A stretch of 64,000 nucleotides of DNA from Bacillota bacterium (GTDB lineage: Bacteria; Bacillota; Sulfobacillia; Symbiobacteriales; Symbiobacteriaceae). Of this stretch, positions 52,020 to 60,954 are shown piece after piece. The stretch covers positions 156,257-220,256 of the forward strand of contig JBMONB010000083.1 of NCBI GenBank assembly GCA_049325315.1. The letters are read 5' to 3'. A program made the position numbers and the translations under genes. Within the stretch, counting starts at the first letter, position 1; each line of letters opens with the position of its first letter. Under the pieces are notes generated by a model. It was not told the origin of the DNA. It searched no databases and saw only the letters and a program-made list of their open reading frames with translations.

Positions 52020-52622
52020 ATGAGCTATCTCGTGCCGATTGTGATCGAACAGACCAGCAGAGGTGAGCGTTCGTACGATATCTACTCCCGGCTGCTGAAG
52101 GATCGGATCATCTTCTTAGGCACGCCGATCAACGATGAGGTGGCCAACGCCATCACCGCCCAGCTGCTCTTCCTGGAGAGCGAGGATCCGGACAAGGAGA
52201 TCAACATGTATATCAACTCTCCGGGCGGTTCCACCAGCGCCGGCCTGGCGATCTACGATACGATGCAGCATATCAAGGCGAAGACGAACACCTACGCCAT
52301 CGGCCTGGCGGCCTCCATGGGGGCGGTGCTGCTGACCGGTGGTACCGGGACCCGCTACGCACTGCCCCACGCCCGGGTGATGATCCATCAGCCCTGGGTC
52401 CAGGGCGGCATCGGCGGGCAGGTGACCGATATCGAGATTACCGCCCGGGAGCTGCTGCACACCAAGGAGAAGATCGCGGAGATCATCGCCAAGCACTCCG
52501 GGCAGCCGGTCGAGAAGGTGAAGGAGGACAGCGAGCGCGACCGCTGGCTCTCTGCGGAGGAGTCCAAGGCCTACGGCCTGATCGATGTGGTGGTCGCTCC
52601 CGGGGAGCGGAAGAAGGCGTAA
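52020..52622 (+). CDS. clpP: ATP-dependent Clp protease proteolytic subunit
   Basis: [30 protein letters not shown], active-site context GLAASMGA, and MIHQP. Confidence 0.95.
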   Translation: MSYLVPIVIEQTSRGERSYDIYSRLLKDRIIFLGTPINDEVANAITAQLLFLESEDPDKEINMYINSPGGSTSAGLAIYDTMQHIKAKTNTYAIGLAASMGAVLLTGGTGTRYALPHARVMIHQPWVQGGIGGQVTDIEITARELLHTKEKIAEIIAKHSGQPVEKVKEDSERDRWLSAEESKAYGLIDVVVAPGERKKA

Positions 52623-52627
52623 AGGAC

Positions 52628-52665
52628 AAACCGGCTGCAGGGACAACCCCTGCAGCCGGTTTTCT
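52628..52665. terminator. Bidirectional rho-independent terminator (clpP / amidase convergent pair)
   Basis: A 15-bp stem AAACCGGCTGCAGGG / CCCTGCAGCCGGTTT with a 5-nt loop, then TCTT. Confidence 0.85.
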
Positions 52666-54161
52666 TAGTCCTCATCCTCTGCGGGCGGCGGCTCCTGCGG
52701 GGCAACGGCTGCCTGCTCCAGCTGGGGCGGCCTGCGGAGCAGGGTTGCCTGCTCGTAGGCGTAGCCGAGCCTGATCAGGGTGGGCTCGCTCCAGGCCGGG
52801 CCGGTCAGGGTGATGCCGAAGGGCCGGCCGTCGCCGGTGTAGCCGGCCGGTACCTGAATCGAGGGGTAGCCGGCCCGTGCGGGGATCCAGCAGCCCCAGG
52901 TTCCGGGGAAGAGCAGTGCGTCGAGCCGGTGCTCTTCCAGGGTGGCGTCGATCCCCTCGCTCCTTGTCTGGCGGAGGTCCCGCAGCCGGTCGAGCAGGTA
53001 CTCCGGCTCGGTCAGGGTGCCGCTGGTCGCCTCGGCCTGGGCCATCAGCTTCTGGCCGTAGCGGAGCATCGCCTCCGGGTTCTCCTCGTTGAAGGCGACG
53101 ATCTCCTTCAGGCTCCTGACCGGCGCCGCCGGGCCGAGGGAGGCGAGGTACCGGTTGAGCGCTGGCTTGAACTCGTAGACCAGCACGTTCGAATCCCAGT
53201 ACTTCATGTACTTCAGGTCCGCCGGGTCAACCACCTCGGCCCCGGCCGCCCTGATCGCCCTGACCGCCTCGTCGAAGAGGCGCTGCTCGTCGGCGTCAAG
53301 CCGCTCGACCCACGGCCCCCGGGGCACGCCGATGCGGGCGCCCCGCAGGCCGCCCTTGTCGAGGAAGCGGGTATAGTCCCGGTAGGCGCGGCCGGCGCTC
53401 ACGGCGGTGGCCGGGTCGGCGGGGTCGACGCCCACCAGGGCGCCCAGCAGGGTGGCCGCATCGGCCACAGTGCGGGCCATGGGGCCGGCGGTGTCCTGGC
53501 TGAAAGCAATGGGGATGATGCCTGTCCGGCTGATCAGCCCCACGGTGGGCTTGATTCCGACCACCGAGTTGTTGTTGGACGGGCTGAGTATGGAGCCCGA
53601 GGTCTCGGTGCCAATCGCCACGGCGCAGAGGTTGGCCGCGACCGCCACACCGGAACCGGCGCTGGAACCGCTGGGGGTCAGCTTGCCGGGCAGGTAGGGG
53701 TTGAGCACCTGGCCTCCCCGGGAGGAGTAGCCCGAAGGCATGCCGATGGTCATGAAGTTCGCCCACTCGGTCATGTTCACCTTGCCGAGGATCACCGCCC
53801 CTGCCCTGCGCAGCCTCTCGGCCACCGCGGCGTCCCGCGGGGCGTAAGAGGAGGCCAGGGCGAGGGAGCCGGCAGAGGTATGCAGCTTATCGGCCGTGTC
53901 GATGTTGTCCTTGATCATCACCGGAATGCCGTGCAGCGGCCCGCGCGGCCCGCTCAGCTTCCGCTCCCGGTCCAGCGCTTCGGCGATATGGAGCGCGTCG
54001 GGATTGATCTCCAGAACGCTGTTCAGCGTGACACCTGCCCGGTCGTAGGCCGCGATCCGCTCCAGGTACATGCGGACCAGCTGTTCGGCGGTTAGTGCGC
54101 CGGCGCCCATCGCCCTGCTCATCTCTGCAATTGTCGCCTCTGGGAGCAGAAACTCGGTCAT
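52665..54161 (-). CDS. Amidase (amidase-signature family)
   Basis: A 498-aa ORF with a Gly/Ser-rich AS motif ([27 protein letters not shown]). Confidence 0.85.
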   Translation of the reverse strand: MTEFLLPEATIAEMSRAMGAGALTAEQLVRMYLERIAAYDRAGVTLNSVLEINPDALHIAEALDRERKLSGPRGPLHGIPVMIKDNIDTADKLHTSAGSLALASSYAPRDAAVAERLRRAGAVILGKVNMTEWANFMTIGMPSGYSSRGGQVLNPYLPGKLTPSGSSAGSGVAVAANLCAVAIGTETSGSILSPSNNNSVVGIKPTVGLISRTGIIPIAFSQDTAGPMARTVADAATLLGALVGVDPADPATAVSAGRAYRDYTRFLDKGGLRGARIGVPRGPWVERLDADEQRLFDEAVRAIRAAGAEVVDPADLKYMKYWDSNVLVYEFKPALNRYLASLGPAAPVRSLKEIVAFNEENPEAMLRYGQKLMAQAEATSGTLTEPEYLLDRLRDLRQTRSEGIDATLEEHRLDALLFPGTWGCWIPARAGYPSIQVPAGYTGDGRPFGITLTGPAWSEPTLIRLGYAYEQATLLRRPPQLEQAAVAPQEPPPAEDED

Positions 54162-54988
54162 GGCAGAATCCCCCTCAGGTAGTGACGATGCAGTACCGCC
54201 ACCGCCCTGCTGATCAGGAGGTGGCCCTCGTTGTCCTCCATCTTGCGCTCATCTTTGCAGTCGCGGGTCATGATTGCGTAAACATACCCCCGGTCGCCCT
54301 TCCAGACCGCACCCACCTCATGGCGGCAGCCAACGAGGATGCCGAGCTTGGCGGCGATGATCAGCTCCGGCTCCCCCTCGGGCGCCGGCTGCTGCGTCAC
54401 CTCGGGCAGGAATCGCCGGGCGAAGGGGCCCTGTACCCGCTTCATGATCCCCAGCATCGCCTCACAGGCCTCCGGGGTCAGTACCTGGTGATGCACAATC
54501 TTGGTCATGAGGGAGCCGAGCTGGGCCGGCGTCGCCTGGTTCTTGGGCCGGTCCGGCTGCGGCTTGTAGAACTTGTTGTAGAGCCGCAGGCCGTGAAGCC
54601 CCAGGTCATCCATTGCCGCGTTGACGGCGTCGAGGCCGATCACGTCGATGCAGAGATTGGAGGCTGTGTTGTCGCTGATTGTCATCATAAGCGTCGCCAA
54701 GTCCCGGACCGGCAGCCTGATCCCAGGGGAGAGGTCCTTCAGGACACCGGTGCCCGGTACCTGATCCTCCGCCGTCATGGTCCAGAGGGCGTCCAGGTCG
54801 ACGCGCCCCTCCCCGGCCTGACGAAACAGCTCATACAAGATGGCCAGTTTAATGGTCGAGGCGCTGGGGAACGACTCGTGGGCCGCCCCAAAGGAGAGGC
54901 CCTCCCCGCTGTTGAGATCCTGGGCCCATACACCCATGGTGCCGGAGAACCCGGTGGCCAGTGCGGCCAGTTCAGCCATGATGTTCAT
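54158..54988 (-). CDS. Class A beta-lactamase-related serine hydrolase
   Basis: ATG at 54988 (MNIMAELAAL) with GAGGGGG upstream. It has an SxxK motif (SASTIK), an SDN motif (TISDNTASN) and a KxG-like AKLG. There is a 4-nt overlap with the amidase gene. Confidence 0.75.
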   Translation of the reverse strand: MNIMAELAALATGFSGTMGVWAQDLNSGEGLSFGAAHESFPSASTIKLAILYELFRQAGEGRVDLDALWTMTAEDQVPGTGVLKDLSPGIRLPVRDLATLMMTISDNTASNLCIDVIGLDAVNAAMDDLGLHGLRLYNKFYKPQPDRPKNQATPAQLGSLMTKIVHHQVLTPEACEAMLGIMKRVQGPFARRFLPEVTQQPAPEGEPELIIAAKLGILVGCRHEVGAVWKGDRGYVYAIMTRDCKDERKMEDNEGHLLISRAVAVLHRHYLRGILP

Positions 54989-55068
54989 CTGGCGATCAGC
55001 CCCCTCATGTTTTAGCCTACCACAAAAGTTTCGGGCGGCAGAAGAACTTCTCTCTGCCGCCCTGTACT

Positions 55069-56469
55069 TTATGCGTGTTCGTTGATCGGCTGAACGAGAA
55101 TAGCGCTTGGCTCCATGATGCAGTGCTGCTCGCACAGGCCGCAGCCGGTGCAAATCTCCGGGTTGACGGTGGGGCGAAGCGCCCCCTCAAGGAAGAGCGC
55201 CGTACCCTGGAGCGGGCAGGCGACAAAGCAGGTGCGGCAGACGTCGCCGAGGTGGGCCAGGCACCGCTCGGTGTCGATCACGGCCGTACCCATGCGGACC
55301 GGCGCCTCCGGCGCCAGGGTGAGGGCGCCGGTAGGACAGGCAGGCACACAGGCGGGCACGCTGTTCAGGCAGAGGTCGCAACCGTTGGTGCGGGCATCGA
55401 TGTACGGGGTGCCCAGGCTGAGCCCGTACTCCACATGGGCCAGCTTCACCGCCTGACGCGGGCAGGCCTGCACGCACTGGCCGCACCGCAGGCAGAGCGC
55501 CAGGAAGGCGGCCTCGGGCAGGGCGCCCGGCGGCCGGAGCAGGGGGCGCTCCTCCGGTGCGGCCAACAGCGGGCGGGCCGCGGCGAGGCTGGCCACGGCC
55601 ACCGCTCCGCCCAGCAGGGTGATCGCCTGCCGCCGGTCGTAGCCGGTCAGCCCACGGCCCGGGGCGCCGTCGGGCGCAAAGGACTTCACCGCCCAGGCGG
55701 GGGTGAAGTGGAGCGATCCGCTGGGGCACCGGTCGATGCAGAGGCCGCAGTTGGAGCAGTTCCACGGGTCGGCCTGCGCCGGCCCCCGGCCGCTCACCGT
55801 CTCCAGGAGGGTCTCCTTCCCGCCCATGGGGCAGGCCTGAATGCACTCGCCACAGTGGTTGCACGCGGTCCGGTCGTGGCCGACCCGCAGCAGGGCCACC
55901 CGGTTCAGGACGGAGAAGGCGGCCCCGGCTGGGCAGAGCGACAGGCACCAGCCTCGCCTCAGCAAGAAGAGGTCGAAGGTGATCACGGCGACCACGATCA
56001 GCGCCTCGGCCCCGGCGCCGAAGAGCAGCAGGCGCATCAGGGTGGCCTGGGGGGAGAGCCACTCAAAGAGGGCGATCCCGAAGAGGGCCGAGAGGCCCAG
56101 CAGCCCCAGCGCAACGACCCAGCGCAGCCACCGGGGCAGCGTCCCCCGTCGGGCAAACCGGGCCACGGGCAAGTGGTCGAGCCACTCCAGCAGGGTGCCA
56201 AGGGGGCAGACCCAGGAGCAGAAGGCCCGGCCCAGCGCCAGGTAGAGCAGCAGGACCAGCAGCGCCCCGCCCGCCACCACACCCCCGGCGGCCAGCACCT
56301 GGGCCGCCCCGTACGGGTCGGTCAACTGCAGGCCGAAGAGGCGGGAGGTGACAAAGGTGCCGGTGAACCAGGTGATCCCGGCGAGGGGGAGGAGCAGCAG
56401 GGCCAGGAACAGCGCCTGGGTGGCGAGGCGCAGGCCCCGCCACCCAAAGCGTTTCAACAGGGTTTGCAT
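55069..56469 (-). CDS. napH-napG: Fused NapH-like membrane quinol dehydrogenase and NapG-like poly-ferredoxin
   Basis: The N-terminal part has 4 TM helices with the CxxCP/CxxxCP motifs CSWVCPLG and CLSLCPAG, plus two 4Fe-4S motifs (CNHCGECIQACP, CSNCGLCIDRCP). An internal RRQAITLLGGAVAVASLAAA follows. Four more clusters then follow (CLRCGQCVQACP, CDLC..CVPACP, C..CRTCFVACP, CTGCGLCEQHC). Confidence 0.8.
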   Translation of the reverse strand: MQTLLKRFGWRGLRLATQALFLALLLLPLAGITWFTGTFVTSRLFGLQLTDPYGAAQVLAAGGVVAGGALLVLLLYLALGRAFCSWVCPLGTLLEWLDHLPVARFARRGTLPRWLRWVVALGLLGLSALFGIALFEWLSPQATLMRLLLFGAGAEALIVVAVITFDLFLLRRGWCLSLCPAGAAFSVLNRVALLRVGHDRTACNHCGECIQACPMGGKETLLETVSGRGPAQADPWNCSNCGLCIDRCPSGSLHFTPAWAVKSFAPDGAPGRGLTGYDRRQAITLLGGAVAVASLAAARPLLAAPEERPLLRPPGALPEAAFLALCLRCGQCVQACPRQAVKLAHVEYGLSLGTPYIDARTNGCDLCLNSVPACVPACPTGALTLAPEAPVRMGTAVIDTERCLAHLGDVCRTCFVACPLQGTALFLEGALRPTVNPEICTGCGLCEQHCIMEPSAILVQPINEHA

Positions 56470-56472
56470 GGA

Positions 56473-58737
56473 TCAGGCCTTCTGGACCTTCACGGCGCAG
56501 ATCTTGTACTCCGGCTGCTTGGAGGTCGCATCGACCGCGTCGTTGGTCAGGAAGTTGCACAGCCGGGCGGGATCGTCGTCGTGCATCAGGAGCATGACCA
56601 TGCCCTTCTGCGGGACCGCCCGTCCGCCGACCCGCGCCGGTACGGTGATCGAGCCGCGGCGGGTGGTCATCTTCACCTTGTCGCCGCTCTGGATTCCCAG
56701 GCCGGCGGCATCCTCCGGGTGCAGCTCGCAGTAGAACTCGCCGGCGCCCTTCATGATCTCCGGCACCCGCTTGGTCATGGTGATGGTGTGCCAGTGCTCC
56801 AGAATGCGGCCGGTGGAAAGGAAGAGCGGGTACTCGGCGTCGGGCATTTCGGCGGCAGGCGCATGCGGCCGGGCGAAGATGACCGCCTTACCGTCGGGCT
56901 TGCCGTAGAACCTGATCCCCTCGCCCTTCTTCACATACGGGTCGCTGCCCTCCAGGTACCGGATCGGGGTGCCCTTGGGCGCCTGGTCATTGACCGGCCA
57001 CATGATCCCCCGCTCCTTCTTGTACTGGGCGTAGGGGGCGAACTCGTAGCCGGTGCCCGGACCCAGCCGGCGGTACTCCTCCCAGATCACCTCGTTGGAG
57101 GTGTAGCGGCTGAAGAGGTCGGCGTAGCCCATGCGCTTGGCGATCTCCAGCAGAATCCAGACGTCGGGCTTCGACTCGCCCTTCGGCTCCACCGCCTTGG
57201 CCATGTGCTGGGTGCGGCGGTCGGTGTTGCCGTACATGCCCTCCTTCTCGCACCAGAGGGCAGAGGGGAGGACCACGTCGGCCAGCTCGGTGGTCCGGTT
57301 GTGGAAGGCGTCGAGGCAGACCAGGAAGGTCTTCTCGCAGGAGGCCCGCACCGAGTTCAGGTTGGGCAGGGAGTGGCCGGGGTTGGTGCAGACCACCATG
57401 AGCGCCTTCACCTTGCCCGCGCCCGCCGCCTTGAACAGGTCGACGGTATGGAAGCCCGGCTTGGGCGACATCTTCTTGTAGTCGACGCCCCAGACCGCCG
57501 CCACCTGCTTGCGGTGCTCCTCGTTGGCCACCAGGCGGCCCAGCGGCAGCAGGTGGGAGAGGGCGCCGCCCTCGCGGACGGTGCCGCAGGCAGAGGGCTG
57601 GCCGGTGAGGGAGAAGGGGGAGTTGCCCGGGGCGCAGATCTTGCCGGTCAGCAGGTGCAGGTTGTAGATGGCGTTGTTCAGGAAGGTGCCGATGGTGCGC
57701 TGGTTGATGCCCATGCACCAGAGCGACATGGTCTTCTTGCCCTTGGCGCCCACCAGCCGGGCCGCCTCCCGGATGTCATCTGCCGAAAGCCCCGTGATCG
57801 CCGCAGCCTTCTCCGGGGTGTAGTCCTGGAGGAACTTCACGTAGTCCTCGAAGGAGATCTTGTCGGTCCCCTTCATGAAGTTGGTGTGCTTCTGAATAAA
57901 GACCGGGTCGTGCAGGTTCTCGGCGATGATCACCTGCGCCATGGCGTTCAGGAGCGCCAGGTCGGTGCCCGGCTTGAACGGCAGGAAGAGGTCGGCGATA
58001 TCGGTCACCCGGTGCTTGCGCGGATCGGCCAGAATCACCTTCACGTCGGTGCCGGTCTGCTTGCGGGTGGTGATCCGGGAGTACGGAATCGGGTGCGCCT
58101 CGGCGGTGTTCGAACCGATAATGAAGAAGACGTCGGCATGTTCGATGTCGTCGAGGGAGCCCATCGGCTCGTCCTTGCCGAAGGTGGTGGCGAAGCCGGC
58201 CACGGCGGAGGCCATACAGGTGCGTGGGTTGCCCTCGATGTTGTTGGTGCCGATGGCGCCCTTGAACAGCTTGTTGGCGATATACCCTTCCTCGACCTGC
58301 GACTGGCCGGAGCCGTAGTAGCCCACCGCGTCGGGGCCGTGCTGCTCCACCGTCTCCTTAAAGGTCCTTGCCACCAGGTCCAGCGCCTCGTCCCAGCTGG
58401 TCTCCACCAGCTTGCCGTCCTTGCGGACCAGCGGCTTGAGAATCCGGCCCTCCTCGGTGTTCATGATGCGGTCCAGGTAGTACCCCTTCACACAGAGAAG
58501 GCCCTTGTTGATCGGGTTCTCGGTGTCACCCTTGACACCGACGACCTTGCCATCCTTCACGCCGACCATGACGCCGCAGCCGACGCCACAGTACCGGCAG
58601 ACCGTCTTGCTCCAGGTGGCCCCTTCGACCTCGGGCTTCGCCTTGGGGGCGACGGGCTTCGTGGTGCCGCAGCCCGCGGCGGTCAGCGCTGCCGCCAGGG
58701 CTGATGCCTTTACGAATGCACGGCGGGAGAGCTCCAT
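56473..58737 (-). CDS. napA: Periplasmic-type nitrate reductase catalytic subunit NapA (molybdopterin oxidoreductase)
   Basis: Twin-arginine signal MELSRRAFVKASALAAALTAAGC. The N-terminal 4Fe-4S motif is CRYCGVGCGVMVGVKDGKVVGVKGDTENPINKGLLCVKG. The ORF is 754 aa. Confidence 0.9.
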   Translation of the reverse strand: MELSRRAFVKASALAAALTAAGCGTTKPVAPKAKPEVEGATWSKTVCRYCGVGCGVMVGVKDGKVVGVKGDTENPINKGLLCVKGYYLDRIMNTEEGRILKPLVRKDGKLVETSWDEALDLVARTFKETVEQHGPDAVGYYGSGQSQVEEGYIANKLFKGAIGTNNIEGNPRTCMASAVAGFATTFGKDEPMGSLDDIEHADVFFIIGSNTAEAHPIPYSRITTRKQTGTDVKVILADPRKHRVTDIADLFLPFKPGTDLALLNAMAQVIIAENLHDPVFIQKHTNFMKGTDKISFEDYVKFLQDYTPEKAAAITGLSADDIREAARLVGAKGKKTMSLWCMGINQRTIGTFLNNAIYNLHLLTGKICAPGNSPFSLTGQPSACGTVREGGALSHLLPLGRLVANEEHRKQVAAVWGVDYKKMSPKPGFHTVDLFKAAGAGKVKALMVVCTNPGHSLPNLNSVRASCEKTFLVCLDAFHNRTTELADVVLPSALWCEKEGMYGNTDRRTQHMAKAVEPKGESKPDVWILLEIAKRMGYADLFSRYTSNEVIWEEYRRLGPGTGYEFAPYAQYKKERGIMWPVNDQAPKGTPIRYLEGSDPYVKKGEGIRFYGKPDGKAVIFARPHAPAAEMPDAEYPLFLSTGRILEHWHTITMTKRVPEIMKGAGEFYCELHPEDAAGLGIQSGDKVKMTTRRGSITVPARVGGRAVPQKGMVMLLMHDDDPARLCNFLTNDAVDATSKQPEYKICAVKVQKA

Positions 58738-58979
58738 CTGTCTTCCTCCTCAACTTCGTGGATGTAGGTCGGCATGACCGCGTAGATTCCCTCAATCTGG
58801 ACCAGCCGGTCAACGATGGCGGCAGAAGCTTCAGGGCTGTCGGCTTCCAGCACGCAGACCATCTTCCCGGGCGGGTCCAGGACGACCAGGTCGGAGATGG
58901 AAGGGATCGCCCTCAGCTGAGCGGCTACCCCTTTCTCCAGAGCTGGGTTGACCTGCAGGACCAGCCCGCTGATGATCAT
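58710..58979 (-). CDS. napD: NapD chaperone
   Basis: ATG at 58979 gives MIISGLVLQVNPALEKGVAAQLRAIPSISDLVVLDPPGKMVCVLEA, which is NapD-like. There is a 4-nt overlap with napC and a 28-nt overlap with napA. Confidence 0.75.
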   Translation of the reverse strand: MIISGLVLQVNPALEKGVAAQLRAIPSISDLVVLDPPGKMVCVLEADSPEASAAIVDRLVQIEGIYAVMPTYIHEVEEEDRWSSPAVHS

Positions 58980-59410
58980 CGCCGGTCCTCCCGGTCCCCG
59001 TGCGGGTCTGTCCAGTGGCAATTGAGGCAGCCCCGGTTCTCCGGCGCCTTCACGTGCTCGGTGTTGGCGTGGCAGGCAATGCAGTTATCCAGGAGCATCT
59101 GCCGGTCGGCGTCCTTGAGGGTGATCTTCTCGGGCGTCCCGTTGGTGACCGTCTTCCACAGGTGGACGAAGCCCTTCTCATACTTCTTGGCCAGGCCGTC
59201 ACCAAAGCCATGGGGCAGGTGGCACTGGGAGCAGGCGACCTCAGCGTGGGCCTTGGACTGTTGGTGTGCGTCGTAGAACTCCTGCATGCTGTGACAGCTG
59301 GCACATGTCGCCGGTTCGGCCCCGGAGGCGGTCAGAACCCCCGGCCCGAGGAGAAGGGCCAGGACGAACAGGGCGGCGATGGTGCCGATGATCCACCAGC
59401 GCTTCTTCAC
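58976..59410 (-). CDS. napC: NapC/NirT-family tetraheme cytochrome c quinol dehydrogenase
   Basis: GTG at 59410 with SD AGGAGGGA 5 nt upstream. N-terminal TM anchor KKRWWIIGTIAALFVLALLL. Four CxxCH motifs (CASCH, CSQCH, CIACH, CLNCH). Confidence 0.85.
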   Translation of the reverse strand: MKKRWWIIGTIAALFVLALLLGPGVLTASGAEPATCASCHSMQEFYDAHQQSKAHAEVACSQCHLPHGFGDGLAKKYEKGFVHLWKTVTNGTPEKITLKDADRQMLLDNCIACHANTEHVKAPENRGCLNCHWTDPHGDREDRR

Positions 59411-59503
59411 GCAGATCCCTCCTGAGAGTTGTGGTTGCCCACTTTCAGGGTACCAGTCAGGAATTGTGCTGGTCTTACGCGAACCTTGTGAGATTCTGAA
59501 CAC

Positions 59504-59519
59504 TGTGAGCAAAATCACA
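59504..59519. promoter_or_regulatory. Perfect CRP/FNR-type site TGTGA-GCAAAA-TCACA upstream of the nap operon
   Basis: A 10/10 match to TGTGA-N6-TCACA (the Bacillus Fnr-type consensus), centred about 100 nt upstream of the napC start. A degenerate neighbour TGTGA-N6-GAACA lies at 59487-59502. Confidence 0.6.
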
Positions 59520-59685
59520 CAAGGAAAGAGCGCCCGATGCCCTACTCGACCTCTCAAGATAGTCCTTTCTAACTATTGTCTCGGGTCTTCACCCTATTGG
59601 TTCTGTCTCGAACAATTTTGGTATCAAAGGAGGTTCGGGAGCCGGAGCGAAGAATTTCTTACCATGTAAGGAAAGGGGGGCCCTT

Positions 59686-60876
59686 GTGCGCCCGATTCCC
59701 CATGAGAAACTGGATCAGGCGGTATCGCTCCTGTCCCGGTTTGACCTGGACTGCTGGCTTCTGCTCGGGCGGGAGACCGGCGAGCTTTGCGACCCCAGTC
59801 TTCATCTGATCCTGGAGCCGGCGGTCACCTGGCAGTCTGCCTTCTTGATCACTGCTGGCGGCGAGCGGGTAGCGATTGTAGGACGCTACGATGTACACAA
59901 CATCGAATTGGCCGGCGGGTTCACCCGTGTGATCGGCTACGATGCCGACATCGCCGTGCCGCTGCGGGCAGAACTGGCCCGGCTTCAGCCGCAGCGCATC
60001 GGCCTGAACTTCTCCCGCGACAATCACACATCCGATGGCCTTACCCTGGGCCTCTACCTGAGCCTGCTCGACTGGCTGAACGGTACCCCATTCCGGGACC
60101 GGCTGGTGAGCGCCGACGGGTTCGCCAGCCACCTCCGGGCGGTCAAGTCGCCGGGGGAGGTGGAGCGTGTCGAGGGAGCGATCGCCCTTGCGGTGGAACT
60201 CCTCGGCCAGGTGGGCGGGCTCTTGCGGCGGGGCATGACCGAGCAGGAGCTCCAGCGAATGATGCACGACAGGCTGGAGCAGTTGGGAGTGGGTACCGCC
60301 TGGGATCACCCCTACTGCCCGGTGGTCAATTTCGGGCCGGACTCGGCGATTGGGCACGCCATGCCCGGGCCGATCCCCCTGGCGCCCGGCCAGGTGGTTC
60401 ACCTCGACTTCGGGGTGAAGCGCCACGGGTATTGCTCCGACTTGCAGCGGTGCTGGTACCTGGCCCAGCCCGGCGAGACGGAACCCCCCGCCGAGGTGCG
60501 CAGGGCCTTCGATGCGGTGGCCGGCGCGATCCAGGCGGCGGCCGGGTACCTCCGCCCCGGACGGACCGGCGCCGATGTGGATACGGTGGCACGCCGCTTC
60601 CTGACCGAGGCCGGGTATCCCGAGTTCAAGCACGCCCTGGGCCATCAGGTGGGGCGAACCGCCCACGATGGGGCCACCCTGCTGGGTCCCCGCTGGCCCC
60701 GGTATGGGAGCACGGTGGAGCAGCCGGTCCGGGAGGGGGAGGTCTACACCCTCGAACTCGGGGCGATGACCTCCCGGGGGATTGTCAGCCTGGAGGAGAT
60801 GGTGGTGGTTACCGCTGACGGCTGCCGGTTCCTGGCGGCGCCTCAGCGTGAGCTATGGATGGTCACGCTCTCGTGA
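59686..60876 (+). CDS. M24 family metallopeptidase (Xaa-Pro aminopeptidase / creatinase type)
   Basis: A 396-aa ORF. Metal-ligand contexts are VVHLDFGVKRHGYCSDLQR, GHQVGRTAHD and YTLELG...SLEEMVVV. Confidence 0.8.
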   Translation: MRPIPHEKLDQAVSLLSRFDLDCWLLLGRETGELCDPSLHLILEPAVTWQSAFLITAGGERVAIVGRYDVHNIELAGGFTRVIGYDADIAVPLRAELARLQPQRIGLNFSRDNHTSDGLTLGLYLSLLDWLNGTPFRDRLVSADGFASHLRAVKSPGEVERVEGAIALAVELLGQVGGLLRRGMTEQELQRMMHDRLEQLGVGTAWDHPYCPVVNFGPDSAIGHAMPGPIPLAPGQVVHLDFGVKRHGYCSDLQRCWYLAQPGETEPPAEVRRAFDAVAGAIQAAAGYLRPGRTGADVDTVARRFLTEAGYPEFKHALGHQVGRTAHDGATLLGPRWPRYGSTVEQPVREGEVYTLELGAMTSRGIVSLEEMVVVTADGCRFLAAPQRELWMVTLS

Positions 60877-60954
60877 ACAAAGCTTTCAGCGGTTTGCCTG
60901 TACCAGGGTCGCCAAAGCAGTCGACTACCACGGATGAACGAAGGAGGGGTCTCG

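Noticed and set aside
55075-58704. A 1209-aa plus-strand ORF, the longest in this part of the window.
   Set aside because: It runs antisense through napHG and napA, which carry unambiguous Fe-S, Tat and molybdopterin-enzyme motifs. Its own sequence is low-complexity G/A/R/P/E-rich.
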